Shown here piece by piece: positions 1 to 9,323 of a DNA stretch of 64,000 nt. The stretch comes from Candidatus Poribacteria bacterium. GTDB taxonomy: Bacteria; Poribacteria; WGA-4E; WGA-3G. The stretch covers positions 1,346,172 to 1,410,171 of the forward strand of contig OZ241845.1 of NCBI GenBank assembly GCA_965202725.1, given 5' to 3'. Under the pieces are notes generated by a model, which was given only the letters and a program-made list of their open reading frames with translations, did no database searches and was not told the origin of the DNA. The first letter of the stretch is position 1. Each line of letters starts with the position of its first letter. The position numbers and the translations under genes were made by a program.

Positions 1-349
1 CTTGGCTGAAGCCATTGGACCTGTCAGGAGCTCGCTCTATCAGACCTCACCACATTTAGAAGAAGCCGCTTGCTCTCTCGGCTACTCGTCACTCCAGGCA
101 TTTCTCAGAGTGCTTTTACCGATTTTGCTCCGCGGTATGCTAACGTCCACTGCTTTGGTCTTCCTTGCAACAATGAAGGAATTACCGTTTACATTTCTCC
201 TATCACCCCCCGGATATGAGACCCTTGCCCTCAATGTCTGGAGTTATACATCAGAAGCCATGTTTGCAGAAGCCGCCCCTTATGCCCTCGCGATATTAAT
301 CTTTTCTGGAATATTTGTCCGATTAATCATCCGCCATGAAGGTTGCTGA
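1..349 (+). CDS. Iron(III) ABC transporter permease, C-terminal part (5' end outside the window)
   Basis: EAA motif (LEEAACSLG), MKELP motif and hydrophobic helices. The last codons are supplied by the IS607 left end. Confidence 0.85.
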   Translation, partial: LAEAIGPVRSSLYQTSPHLEEAACSLGYSSLQAFLRVLLPILLRGMLTSTALVFLATMKELPFTFLLSPPGYETLALNVWSYTSEAMFAEAAPYALAILIFSGIFVRLIIRHEGC

Positions 350-385
350 ACAGTATCCAAAAACCTGTAGATTTTGCTTTTTTTC

Positions 386-414
386 TTGACATTTCTACGA
401 GAATCTGTTATCCT
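386..414 (+). promoter_or_regulatory. sigma70-type promoter of tnpA, probably giving a leaderless mRNA
   Basis: TTGACA-17-TATCCT with the ATG 7 nt after the -10. Both hexamers are kept in copy 2 (16112-16141, 18-nt spacer). Confidence 0.6.
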
Positions 415-420
415 ATCTCT

Positions 421-999
421 ATGATGTATGTATCAGCGAGAAAAGCAAGTGCCCTTTTAGACTATACCCCCGATCATTTACGGAGATTAGCGAATGCGGG
501 CAAAATTGACACGATCCGCACGGGAGGCGGACATAGACGTTACAATGTTGAAAAATACATCCGGAACGAATCCAGTGCAATTACCACTGTTTGCTATTGC
601 AGGGTCTCCAGTGCTAAACAGCGAGACGCTCTGGAACGCCAAGTCACCGCGATGCGGCGTATCTACCCCGATGCCGAAGTCATTAGAGATATTGGCAGTG
701 GCCTCAACTTCAAAAGAAAAGGACTTAACGCCTGACTGGACAGGCTTTTGCAAGGTGCTCAGCTCCAAGTTGTTATTGCCCATCGGGATAGACTCGCCCG
801 GTTCGGTATCGATCTTATACGATACCTCATTGAACAGAACGGTGGCGAACTCGTGGTTCTTGACAAAACAGAACATAGTCCGCAAGAAGAACTCACGGCG
901 GATCTTCTCGCCATCCTGCACGTCTTCAGTCACAGACTGCCCGGGCTCCGAAGCTACCGTAATGAAATCAAAGAAGATAAGACTCTTACCGAACACTGA
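421..999 (+). pseudogene. tnpA: IS607 TnpA (MerR-like HTH + serine recombinase) interrupted by an in-frame TGA at 733-735
   Basis: RTGGGHRRY, YCRVSS, DIGSGLNFKRKGL, then HRDRLARFG in the same frame after the stop. Confidence 0.85.
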
Positions 1000-2089
1000 G
1001 CAACGGTTGCTGTTGCGGCAATGGTTTGGTACCGCACGCTTCACCTATAATCAAACCGTGCATCTTCTGAATACGACGGATACACAGGCAAACTGGAAAG
1101 CCATCAAAACAGGCATCCTACACGATTTACCTGCTTGGGCGAAAGAAACGCCCTATCAAATCAAGTCTGTGGCTATCCGAGATGCTTGTATCGCCGTGAG
1201 GGAAGCGAAAAAGAAGGCGAAAGCAAAAGGAGAAAAGCAGTCGGTTTCTTTCAAATCTAAGCGTCAACCTTCAGATAGCATTTTTATACCCAAGTCTGCC
1301 ATAAAGCCTAATGGCGTGTATCACACGAAATTAGGGGATCTCGTCATGGCTGAGGCATTACCCGAGAACATCAGAGACTCCCGCCTGGTAAAAGACGGCG
1401 ATAGCTATTATTTGTGTGTTTCCTATACTGTCGCAACCCCGAAGCGAAAGCCAAACGGACGTGTTGTGGCATTAGACCCCGGCGTGAGAACATTCCTCAC
1501 CTATTTCCATGAGCGTGGGTTCGGATGGCTTGGACATCACGCAATCAACAGAATTCAGAGACGCTGTTTCCATCTGGATGACTTACTGTCCCGTGCAGCC
1601 AAGGCGGACAATCGCCAAAGCAAGCGAAATATGCGGAGAGCCGCAAAGCGAATGCGTAAACGGATACGCAATCTTATAGACGAACTCCATAAGAAAATCG
1701 CACGCTGGCTGGTAGATACTTTTGATATTCTCTTGCTACCGACTTTTGAAACTTCACAGATGACTTGTAAAGCCAAGCGAAAACTGAGAAAGAAGTCTGT
1801 TAGGCAGATGCTGACCCTGTCTCATTATCGGTTCAAGCAGTTTCTCAAGCAGAAAGCAAAAGAAACAGGGGCTATCGTTCTGGACGTTTGTGAAGCATAC
1901 ACATCGAAGACGGTGTCTTGGACGGGCGAGATCGTCAAAAATCTCGGTGGCAGGAAGACGATCACAGATGCTTTCGGGCTATCTATGGACAGAGCCCTCA
2001 ACGGCGCACGTGGGATATTCCTGCGTGCTTTGGGAGATAACCCCGGGTTGCTAAGCATTAGCAACTTGCAAACCATGCATACCGCGTAA
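962..2089 (+). CDS. tnpB: IS607-associated TnpB; RuvC-III Asp appears replaced by Ala
   Basis: N-terminal HTH (KKIRLLP..Q..LLRQWFG.ARF.YN), ALDPGVRTF, CEAYTSKT and DRALNGARGI. The frame is open from 494, but ATG 962 fits the usual TnpB start. Confidence 0.9.
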   Translation: MKSKKIRLLPNTEQRLLLRQWFGTARFTYNQTVHLLNTTDTQANWKAIKTGILHDLPAWAKETPYQIKSVAIRDACIAVREAKKKAKAKGEKQSVSFKSKRQPSDSIFIPKSAIKPNGVYHTKLGDLVMAEALPENIRDSRLVKDGDSYYLCVSYTVATPKRKPNGRVVALDPGVRTFLTYFHERGFGWLGHHAINRIQRRCFHLDDLLSRAAKADNRQSKRNMRRAAKRMRKRIRNLIDELHKKIARWLVDTFDILLLPTFETSQMTCKAKRKLRKKSVRQMLTLSHYRFKQFLKQKAKETGAIVLDVCEAYTSKTVSWTGEIVKNLGGRKTITDAFGLSMDRALNGARGIFLRALGDNPGLLSISNLQTMHTA

Positions 2090-2130
2090 TCCTTCGGATT
2101 GCACGGAAATGTATAGGTTCATATTATCGG
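2040..2130 (+). ncRNA. Probable 3' part of the omegaRNA/reRNA scaffold of TnpB, copy 1
   Basis: Located at the right end. Hairpins GTTGCTAA-gca-TTAGCAAC and AATCC-ttc-GGATT show loop or compensatory changes in copy 2. The 5' boundary is unknown. Confidence 0.5.
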
Positions 2131-2409
2131 ATAAACCTAAAGCCTATCCACAATAAGAGAAACAAATTAAGACAAGTCAAAAGAAAATTCGCAATATCCT
2201 CCACACACCTCTGGTTACCGATAGCATTCGCATAGTTCTGTCATCATCAGAGGGGCAATATAGACCCAATACGCCTCTACGGATCCACACCAGAAACAAC
2301 GTCCGAGCGTCCCTTTTAACGCGCTTTATCACACAATTTTCCAACATTTTCCTCACAAGTTTGTCAAATTGTGATAGACTACCCATAAATTTTCAATTAG
2401 TGGACAGGA

Positions 2410-3069
2410 ATGAACATATTATCCGATTTTTTAACCTTTCCACCGTTCATAACGATGGGAACTGACGCACTCAGGCTGCTTCTTGCATTTGTGCTTGGTG
2501 TTTTTATTGTTAATATTTACCGGTGGACCCACGCGGGAATCCCACAAAAATCATTTACAGATACACTCATTATTTTGTGTATGCTGATTTCGGTTGTGAT
2601 GGTCATCATCGGGGATAGTATAGCCCGCGCGTTTAGTTTAGTCGGGGCGTTATCTATTATTCGGTTTCGCACGGCTATCCAAGATCCACGCGATATCGGT
2701 TTTGTTTTTTACGCATTGGCTGTTGGAATGGGGATTGGTGCAGGAAATCCATCCGTAGCAGTTTTGGCTGCCTTCCTCATCGGTATTATTATACTCTGCA
2801 TATACAACTGGCATGAACATTTTAGCAACGATAACGAGTTTAGCCTCGAGTTCTGCCTACCTCCCGAACCGAGCGTTGAGACCGTTTATCGCCCCCTTTT
2901 TGATAGACATCTGAGTTATGAACGTCTGATTGAGAAACGGATAAAGAAATCCGGTGTCCTCGAGTTGAACTATAGAGTTAAGTTGGAAAACCCACAGGAA
3001 TGGCTCGCTTTTTTTAACGAACTATCAAACATTGAAAGCGTAACAGAAGTAAAGCTGGGCAAAGAATAG
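2410..3069 (+). CDS. DUF4956-family membrane protein
   Basis: SIARAFSLVGALSIIRFRTAIQDPRD motif. Confidence 0.85.
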   Translation: MNILSDFLTFPPFITMGTDALRLLLAFVLGVFIVNIYRWTHAGIPQKSFTDTLIILCMLISVVMVIIGDSIARAFSLVGALSIIRFRTAIQDPRDIGFVFYALAVGMGIGAGNPSVAVLAAFLIGIIILCIYNWHEHFSNDNEFSLEFCLPPEPSVETVYRPLFDRHLSYERLIEKRIKKSGVLELNYRVKLENPQEWLAFFNELSNIESVTEVKLGKE

Positions 3070-3131
3070 ATACAGCGTACGAAAAGTCCAAACGCTTCTA
3101 TAACAGACACGTCTAAGACAAGGAAATTGTA

Positions 3132-5603
3132 ATGAAACAACTTAAATCAATTGCACTAATTGTGCTAATAACCATTAGCTGGACAATATCCGCAGATGCT
3201 CAAGACACCCCGAGGGTATCTCAACTCTCAGATGAACAGAAGCGATTCGACCACAACGGTGATGGGAAACTGAGCGATGAAGAAGCAGCAGTTATGTTCC
3301 GAGTTACAAACGTAGAGGCATTCACTGGTGACAAACTCAGCCGTGAAGAGATTGAAAGGATTCGAGCCAGCATTGCCCCCGCTAGCGCCGGGGCAGACTT
3401 TGGTAGAACGCCACCAGATTTTGGAGGCATGCGAGGCGGGTTGGGGGGTGGCCGCCGTAGACCGGGGCCTGCTGAAAAGCTGGTCGCACAATTCGATCAA
3501 GATAAAGATGGAAAATTAACCGGGATCGAGCGACAAGCCGCCTTAGATACACGAGGCGGTGGGAACGTTATACCCCTAAACGAATCAAAGTTAAAAGAGG
3601 GCGTTCAGAACGATGTGCGAAGCAGCTTGGCTTCTGCCCCGGAAGGTTCACCCTCACTTTACGAGGCGTACACACTTCGGACCCTCTATCTCCGGTTTCA
3701 CCATGAAAACTGGTATCAGCAGATGAACGCGTTTTACCGTACAGACGTTGAGGTACCAGCTGAACTGATTGTTGATGGGCAGGTTTATCCGGAGATCGGT
3801 GTCCACTTCCGAGGCAGCTCTTCATATTTTACCGTTAACTCGGAGAAAAAATCCTTTAATATTGCTGTCGACTACGCGAAAGATGGACAACGCCTCTACG
3901 GCTACAAGACCCTCAATTTACTCAATGGACACGTTGATGCCTCCTTTCTCCGCGAAGTCCTTTACAACCGAATTGCGCATGACTACATTCCGGCGATGAA
4001 AACAAACCTCGTCAAACTGGTCATCAACGGCGAAAATTGGGGCATTTATATCAATCTTCAACAATATAATAAAGACTTTCTCGCTGAATGGTTTGGGACA
4101 AGAGAGGGCATCCGTTGGAAAATAGGTCCCGGGGGCGGGGGGGCGCTGACGTATAGCGGTGAAAACGTGGAAAGATATAAAGAGGCGTACCAACTCAAAA
4201 CCAACAACGTTGAAAACCCTTGGGAAGACCTCATCAGGCTCTGCAAAATGCTTGATGACACAACACCTGATGCGGAACTCGTGGAGAAGCTACCTTCCTT
4301 GCTTAACATCGATCAGGTCCTATGGCAACTCGCTGTCTCAAATGTCTTTATGGATGACGATAGCTACATCCACAAAGGTGGAGACTATACCATCTATCAA
4401 GATGTCAATGGTAGATTTCACCTTGTGCCGCACGACAACAATGAGAGCATGAGATTCGCCCGTAGGGGCAGACGTGGTGGTGGCCCGGGGGGCAACTGGT
4501 CATGGGGTGAAGTGACAAATGGAATGGTATCCCCTGTTACGCATCAAAACAATCGGGCTCGCCCTCTTATTAAGCGGCTACTCTCTAATCCACAGTGGCG
4601 AGCTCGCTACCTTGCACACGTCCGTACCGTTGTAAACGAATGGCTTGATTGGGAAGTACTGGGTCCCATCGTCAACGAATACATCGAACATATTGATGCA
4701 GAAGTCCGACAAGATAATAAAAAACTTTATGGATACAACGAATTCAAGAATCGCGCGCCTGAAAACCTTAGGGATTTTGTGAACCGTCGCCGCGAGCATC
4801 TATTGAATCATCCAGAACTCGACAGACCCACTCCGAAAATTCTCTCCGTCAATATTGAATCTGAAACGGATCCTATACAGAGCACCCCTGTGTTAGTTAA
4901 AGCGACCCTTGACGCATCGGTTACGGTTGATTCTGTTTTGTTGTATTATAGTACCGAACGTCATGTTGTTTTCAACGAGGTCCCGATGACGAAGCGCAGC
5001 GGCAGTTACGTTGGAAATATTCCCACTTTTCCACCAGGAACAACGGTTTACTATTATGTTGAAGCAAATGCGGTGAAAACATACGGGACGACTGCTTTTT
5101 CACCCGCGCGCGCAGAACCCAACGCTGCACACTATCGGGTCAATGCCCCTGTGGCAAAAGAATCACCTATCGTTATTAACGAACTGATGGCAGCCAATAC
5201 GAAGAGTATCACAGACCCACAAGGGCAATATGAAGATTGGCTCGAGTTATATAACCTCACCAATGATACAGTGGATCTCTCAGGAATGTACTTAACAGAT
5301 AAAATAGACAACCTGAGAAAATGGGCGTTTCCAGAGAATACAACGATTCCAGGGCGAGGCTATCTCCTTGTATGGTTAGATGAAAATGGCAAAGCCAAGA
5401 CGGGGCTACATGCCAACTTCAAACTGTCCCGTAACGGTGAAACTGTCGCACTCGTTGATACCGATACACGTGGGAATCAAGTGCTTGATAGTGTGACGTT
5501 TGAAAAACAGGAGCAAGATGTTGCCCTTGGCAGATGGCCAAATGGCAGTGGGGAACTCAGGTATGTCCAAACCACACCCGGTAAGGAAAACACGCTTCAC
5601 TAA
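3132..5603 (+). CDS. Secreted CotH-kinase family protein with EF-hands and a C-terminal lamin-tail domain
   Basis: Signal peptide, DHNGDGKLS and DQDKDGKLT EF-hands, GVHFRGSSS...KKSFNI, LREVL, and VINELMA...DWLELYN. Confidence 0.85.
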   Translation: MKQLKSIALIVLITISWTISADAQDTPRVSQLSDEQKRFDHNGDGKLSDEEAAVMFRVTNVEAFTGDKLSREEIERIRASIAPASAGADFGRTPPDFGGMRGGLGGGRRRPGPAEKLVAQFDQDKDGKLTGIERQAALDTRGGGNVIPLNESKLKEGVQNDVRSSLASAPEGSPSLYEAYTLRTLYLRFHHENWYQQMNAFYRTDVEVPAELIVDGQVYPEIGVHFRGSSSYFTVNSEKKSFNIAVDYAKDGQRLYGYKTLNLLNGHVDASFLREVLYNRIAHDYIPAMKTNLVKLVINGENWGIYINLQQYNKDFLAEWFGTREGIRWKIGPGGGGALTYSGENVERYKEAYQLKTNNVENPWEDLIRLCKMLDDTTPDAELVEKLPSLLNIDQVLWQLAVSNVFMDDDSYIHKGGDYTIYQDVNGRFHLVPHDNNESMRFARRGRRGGGPGGNWSWGEVTNGMVSPVTHQNNRARPLIKRLLSNPQWRARYLAHVRTVVNEWLDWEVLGPIVNEYIEHIDAEVRQDNKKLYGYNEFKNRAPENLRDFVNRRREHLLNHPELDRPTPKILSVNIESETDPIQSTPVLVKATLDASVTVDSVLLYYSTERHVVFNEVPMTKRSGSYVGNIPTFPPGTTVYYYVEANAVKTYGTTAFSPARAEPNAAHYRVNAPVAKESPIVINELMAANTKSITDPQGQYEDWLELYNLTNDTVDLSGMYLTDKIDNLRKWAFPENTTIPGRGYLLVWLDENGKAKTGLHANFKLSRNGETVALVDTDTRGNQVLDSVTFEKQEQDVALGRWPNGSGELRYVQTTPGKENTLH

Positions 5604-5608
5604 AAAAC

Positions 5609-5635
5609 GAACCTTTTATTTTCTGCTCTGTCTAA
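5609..5635 (+). promoter_or_regulatory. sigmaE-like ECF promoter upstream of the ECF sigma gene (probable autoregulation)
   Basis: GAACCT-16-TCTAA, followed by a 12-bp inverted repeat at 5679-5709 in the leader. Confidence 0.6.
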
Positions 5636-5755
5636 TCTAATAACAGAACGATTGAGTTTTGCTTACATTACCAAAAGCTTCAGGCGATTGACGCATCCAA
5701 TCGCCTGAATTGAAGAGAAGCATTTTCTTGACCCTTGTTGTTTGGAGAATAAAGT

Positions 5756-6379
5756 ATGTCTGTTGCAACAGTCTTTTCAGCTACTATGGAAAATTATTCG
5801 GAGATAGGCAATACAGAAGAATTAGATCGAGCGCAGGAACAGGAACTTGTTTTGCGCTGCCAAAAAGGGGATGTTGATGCGATGGGGATCCTCATTACGC
5901 GCTATCAACATTGGGCCTACAACATTGCCTACGGCATACTTGGTCATCACCAAGATGCGGAGGATGTCGCCCAAGATGCGTTCCTCTCCGTCTGGGAGAA
6001 CATCGGAACATTCGAGTTCCGTTCCCAATTTTCTACATGGCTCTACCGTATCGTGAAAAATAAGTGTTTTAATCAGATTGATCAGTACCAACGCCGGAAA
6101 ACCGAGCCGATGGAAATTGACGACTCACAGCCGTGGGTACCACTGGATCCGGCAACTCCAGAAGAGGCGGCACTCCGGTCAGAAGAAAAGGATATTGTGC
6201 ATAATGCACTCTCGAAGCTCAAAAGTAGTTATAGAGAGATACTCATCCTCAGGGAGCTGCGAGAGCTCTCTTATGAAGAAATATCTGAAATCCTCGGTTG
6301 TACACTTGGACGGGTTAAATCTCGGTTACACGAAGCCCGAAAAGCACTCAAAACAGAGCTGGAGCGAGTCGTGTGGTAG
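5756..6379 (+). CDS. ECF RNA polymerase sigma factor (RpoE/SigW-like)
   Basis: DAEDVAQDAF, FSTWLYRI, LSYEEISEILG..LGRVKSRLHEAR. Confidence 0.92.
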   Translation: MSVATVFSATMENYSEIGNTEELDRAQEQELVLRCQKGDVDAMGILITRYQHWAYNIAYGILGHHQDAEDVAQDAFLSVWENIGTFEFRSQFSTWLYRIVKNKCFNQIDQYQRRKTEPMEIDDSQPWVPLDPATPEEAALRSEEKDIVHNALSKLKSSYREILILRELRELSYEEISEILGCTLGRVKSRLHEARKALKTELERVVW

Positions 6380-6413
6380 CTATTTCCGCTGACCACTATT
6401 CTCGATTGAAGAT

Positions 6414-7163
6414 ATGAACCATCGTCAAATTCAAAACGCGTTATCTGCTTACTTGGACAATGAATTAAGCGCGAGCATGCGAAAGCAGGTCGACGTGCAT
6501 CTCCATGCCTGCGACGGATGTTCTGAGATGCTCGCAGCGTTCCGGGAAAATAGCACCAAAATCAGAGGCTTCGTTCATCCCGCACCACCTATCAAAGAGC
6601 GGGTGATCGCGAGGATACACGCACAACTCCAAGATGAATTGTCAGCCTATTTAGACAATGAATTGGCCCCAGATGTACGAGCGCGAATAGCAGCACATCT
6701 TCGTGCCTGCGACGGATGTTCTGAGATGCTCGCAACATTTCAGCAGAATCGTGAGCAGATCCGAGGTCTTGAACACCGCGCGCCTGCCTCGATTCAGCAA
6801 GCAGTCATGGCACAAATACGCCAACAGGCAGCACAGGTTACCGTAAAGCGAGCCACCCGCACGCTACAATTACCGAATATTGGGGGATGGCTATTGGGTT
6901 TTGGACGGTGGTTTCTCCGCCCTGTTACCGCAGGGGCGACCGGTATCTTGACGCTTGCCCTGATTTTGGGATCACTTTACTTTTATCCAGCTGCTCCTCA
7001 ATATGAAGAGACTCTCGACTTCTACTATGGTCTTCACACAGAACAATTAACAGATTATCCATTGCGCTTAACCGGCAGTAGCCTACAACCTGAGGACCCC
7101 CTGGAATTAGGTGGTGATGACGAACTGTTTCTCAATCTCTATTTGGAGAATGTAGGGAATTAA
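6414..7163 (+). CDS. Membrane anti-sigma factor with two tandem zinc-binding (zf-HC2) domains
   Basis: LSAYLDNEL...HLxACDGC occurs twice, followed by one TM helix; directly follows the ECF sigma. Confidence 0.85.
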   Translation: MNHRQIQNALSAYLDNELSASMRKQVDVHLHACDGCSEMLAAFRENSTKIRGFVHPAPPIKERVIARIHAQLQDELSAYLDNELAPDVRARIAAHLRACDGCSEMLATFQQNREQIRGLEHRAPASIQQAVMAQIRQQAAQVTVKRATRTLQLPNIGGWLLGFGRWFLRPVTAGATGILTLALILGSLYFYPAAPQYEETLDFYYGLHTEQLTDYPLRLTGSSLQPEDPLELGGDDELFLNLYLENVGN

Positions 7164-7196
7164 ATTCTCCCCGGTAGGGAACCGACAGGTGAACCG

Positions 7197-8297
7197 ATGC
7201 TAACCCATAAATATCTAATGTGTCATAAGTACTTCCGAGTTAAGTTATCTCCTTTGTATGGTCTAATTTTAGCCTTTTCGCTGTGCGTATCAGACACTCT
7301 TTTTGCTGGCATCAGCACGCTTGAACGGATCGCTGAAGCCGAACGTGAAGTCAGTTATGTCGGTATCCGCCTGAAAACGTTCATTTCGTCAAGAGGCACT
7401 CGTACTTTTGAAGAGTATGTCATTCACAAACCAGGGGATACTTCGTACAGAAAGGTCATCTCTGAAGTTGGTGGGCGTCAGTCGCTTGGTGCCGCCCAAG
7501 ACAGAACCGAACGCCAGAGAGACGATAGGCGCAGGGGGCGCGAGGAGAACAATAGAGAGGCTCGTAGAAGGGAGCCAGAACGAAACAGATGGCGGCAGGT
7601 CAAAAGTCCCTTCCCCGAAAAAGAGATTCAACTTATAGCCAAAAACTATAACCTCGAACACAGTCCTTCGGATGAAAAGATCGCCGATTATGACATAGAT
7701 CTCCTCATTATTAGCCCCAAATTTGCCGGTAGGCCGACAAAACATATTTTCTTTGCGCGCGAGAATGGTGTTATTTTGCGGGTAGAAGATTTAGACCCCC
7801 AAGGAGTCCTTCGGGAAATGTCCGTTTATACTCGAATTAGTTTTGATCCAGAAACCGTGGAACGCAAGTGGCAAAAGTTTCAACAAAAGATACAGCCGGA
7901 ACCGCAGCGCAGCTCCCCTATTTCGCTTGCTAAGGCTGAAAAGATCCTCGAAACAAAACCGATCCAACCGGCATACCTGCCCCCTGGGTTCCAGCTGGAA
8001 GATGTTCACAACATAAAAGATAGAAAAAATACAATCCACCTGATTTATACAGACGGATTGTTAGGTTTCTCTATATTTGAAACAACGACCGAGCGAACAC
8101 GGCGGGATCGCGATCGACGTAGAGGATCAGATGTAATTGAGATTGAAAGCACACACGTGCATAAACATCAGCGCGGCCCGACGTATGCTTTCAGCTGGTC
8201 GAGTGAGAATATTCACTTCTTCTTGTTCGGCGCAATGCCGCCTACCGAAATGGAGCTGGTAGTCCAATCCATCATTCGAAAAACAAACGAAAAGTAA
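7197..8297 (+). CDS. MucB/RseB-like periplasmic regulator
   Basis: Signal peptide, operon position and C-terminal PAYLPPGF...HLIYTDGLLGFSIF. Confidence 0.7.
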   Translation: MLTHKYLMCHKYFRVKLSPLYGLILAFSLCVSDTLFAGISTLERIAEAEREVSYVGIRLKTFISSRGTRTFEEYVIHKPGDTSYRKVISEVGGRQSLGAAQDRTERQRDDRRRGREENNREARRREPERNRWRQVKSPFPEKEIQLIAKNYNLEHSPSDEKIADYDIDLLIISPKFAGRPTKHIFFARENGVILRVEDLDPQGVLREMSVYTRISFDPETVERKWQKFQQKIQPEPQRSSPISLAKAEKILETKPIQPAYLPPGFQLEDVHNIKDRKNTIHLIYTDGLLGFSIFETTTERTRRDRDRRRGSDVIEIESTHVHKHQRGPTYAFSWSSENIHFFLFGAMPPTEMELVVQSIIRKTNEK

Positions 8298-8306
8298 GGA
8301 GATACT

Positions 8307-9116
8307 ATGCAAATATGCAACGTTATTGTGTTCGGTATCATTGTTACAGCATTCTTGCCCATCGGTAACGTCAGTGCCGACAGCCTCAAGGCTGAACTTG
8401 AAGCATCACCGCGCCACGGCGAATGGGTGAAAGTCACAACCTCCGATGAACGCACCCTCAATACGTTTGTCGTTTACCCGGAAGTGAAGGAACCCGCGAC
8501 GGCTATCATCGTTATCCATGAGATATTCGGGCTTACGGATTGGATTCGCCTCGTTGCCGATAGGCTCGCTGCAGCCGGGTTTGTCGCAATCTGTCCTGAC
8601 TTGCTTTCGGGGATGGGCCCGGATGGGGGTGGCACTGAGAGTTTCGAATCGGGTGACGATGTCCGACGGACTATTCGAGATCTCTCATCCGCCCAAGTTG
8701 CATCTGATCTGGACACCATTCAGAAATATGCCCGAGATTTACCCTCAACGAATGAAAAGATTGCAGTTTCGGGGTTCTGCTGGGGCGGCGGACAAACCTT
8801 CAGTTACGCTGTCCATTCCCAGACAATCGCCGCGGGTTTTGTGTTCTACGGTCGTGCTGCGCCCGCGGAAGATGTCCCTAAAATATCTGCCCCGATATAC
8901 GGCTTCTACGGTGAAAGTGACAACCGCATCAACGCCACAATTGATGAAACCAAAGCTGCTGCCGATGCTGCAAACGTCACCTATGATCCTGTTATCTACG
9001 AAGGTGTTGGACACGCTTTCTTGAGGCGCGGCATGGCAGAAGATGCAAATGACGCAGAGAAAGCCGCCACTAAAGCCGCATGGCAACGGTGGGTGTCTCT
9101 CTTGAGCAAACTCTAA
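8307..9116 (+). CDS. Dienelactone hydrolase family protein
   Basis: IHEIFGL, GFCWGG and GHAF motifs. Confidence 0.9.
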   Translation: MQICNVIVFGIIVTAFLPIGNVSADSLKAELEASPRHGEWVKVTTSDERTLNTFVVYPEVKEPATAIIVIHEIFGLTDWIRLVADRLAAAGFVAICPDLLSGMGPDGGGTESFESGDDVRRTIRDLSSAQVASDLDTIQKYARDLPSTNEKIAVSGFCWGGGQTFSYAVHSQTIAAGFVFYGRAAPAEDVPKISAPIYGFYGESDNRINATIDETKAAADAANVTYDPVIYEGVGHAFLRRGMAEDANDAEKAATKAAWQRWVSLLSKL

Positions 9117-9323
9117 CGAACACACATGGCACATCGGCTTAAGGGCAAAATCGCAATTATCACAGGTAATACTCAACTCTACCAAGAATTCCTATCAAAG
9201 CAACCCGACGAACGATAAAATAGGAGAAAAATATGACCACAGCTATTCATCAGCGCTATCTTTTTCACTTTTATGTAGGTTTGGGTGGACTTATTGCTAT
9301 AAAAGTAGGATTCTCCATAGAAA

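Larger units (their letters stand above)
341..2130 (+). mobile_element. IS607-family element, copy 1 (serine recombinase TnpA + TnpB)
   Basis: Similarity to the copy at 16067-17857 starts at GGTTGCTGAACAGTAT and ends at ...CATATTATCGG. GG at both ends fits IS607 crossover at a GG dinucleotide. Confidence 0.9.

Noticed and set aside
733-735. TGA as a sign of an alternative genetic code or selenocysteine
   Set aside because: TGA ends normal genes here (gatB, rpoN), and the position corresponds to a hydrophobic helix residue, not Cys.
487-1044. 185-aa antisense ORF present in both IS607 copies
   Set aside because: Shadow of tnpA; its conservation follows from the element duplication and it has no recognisable motif.
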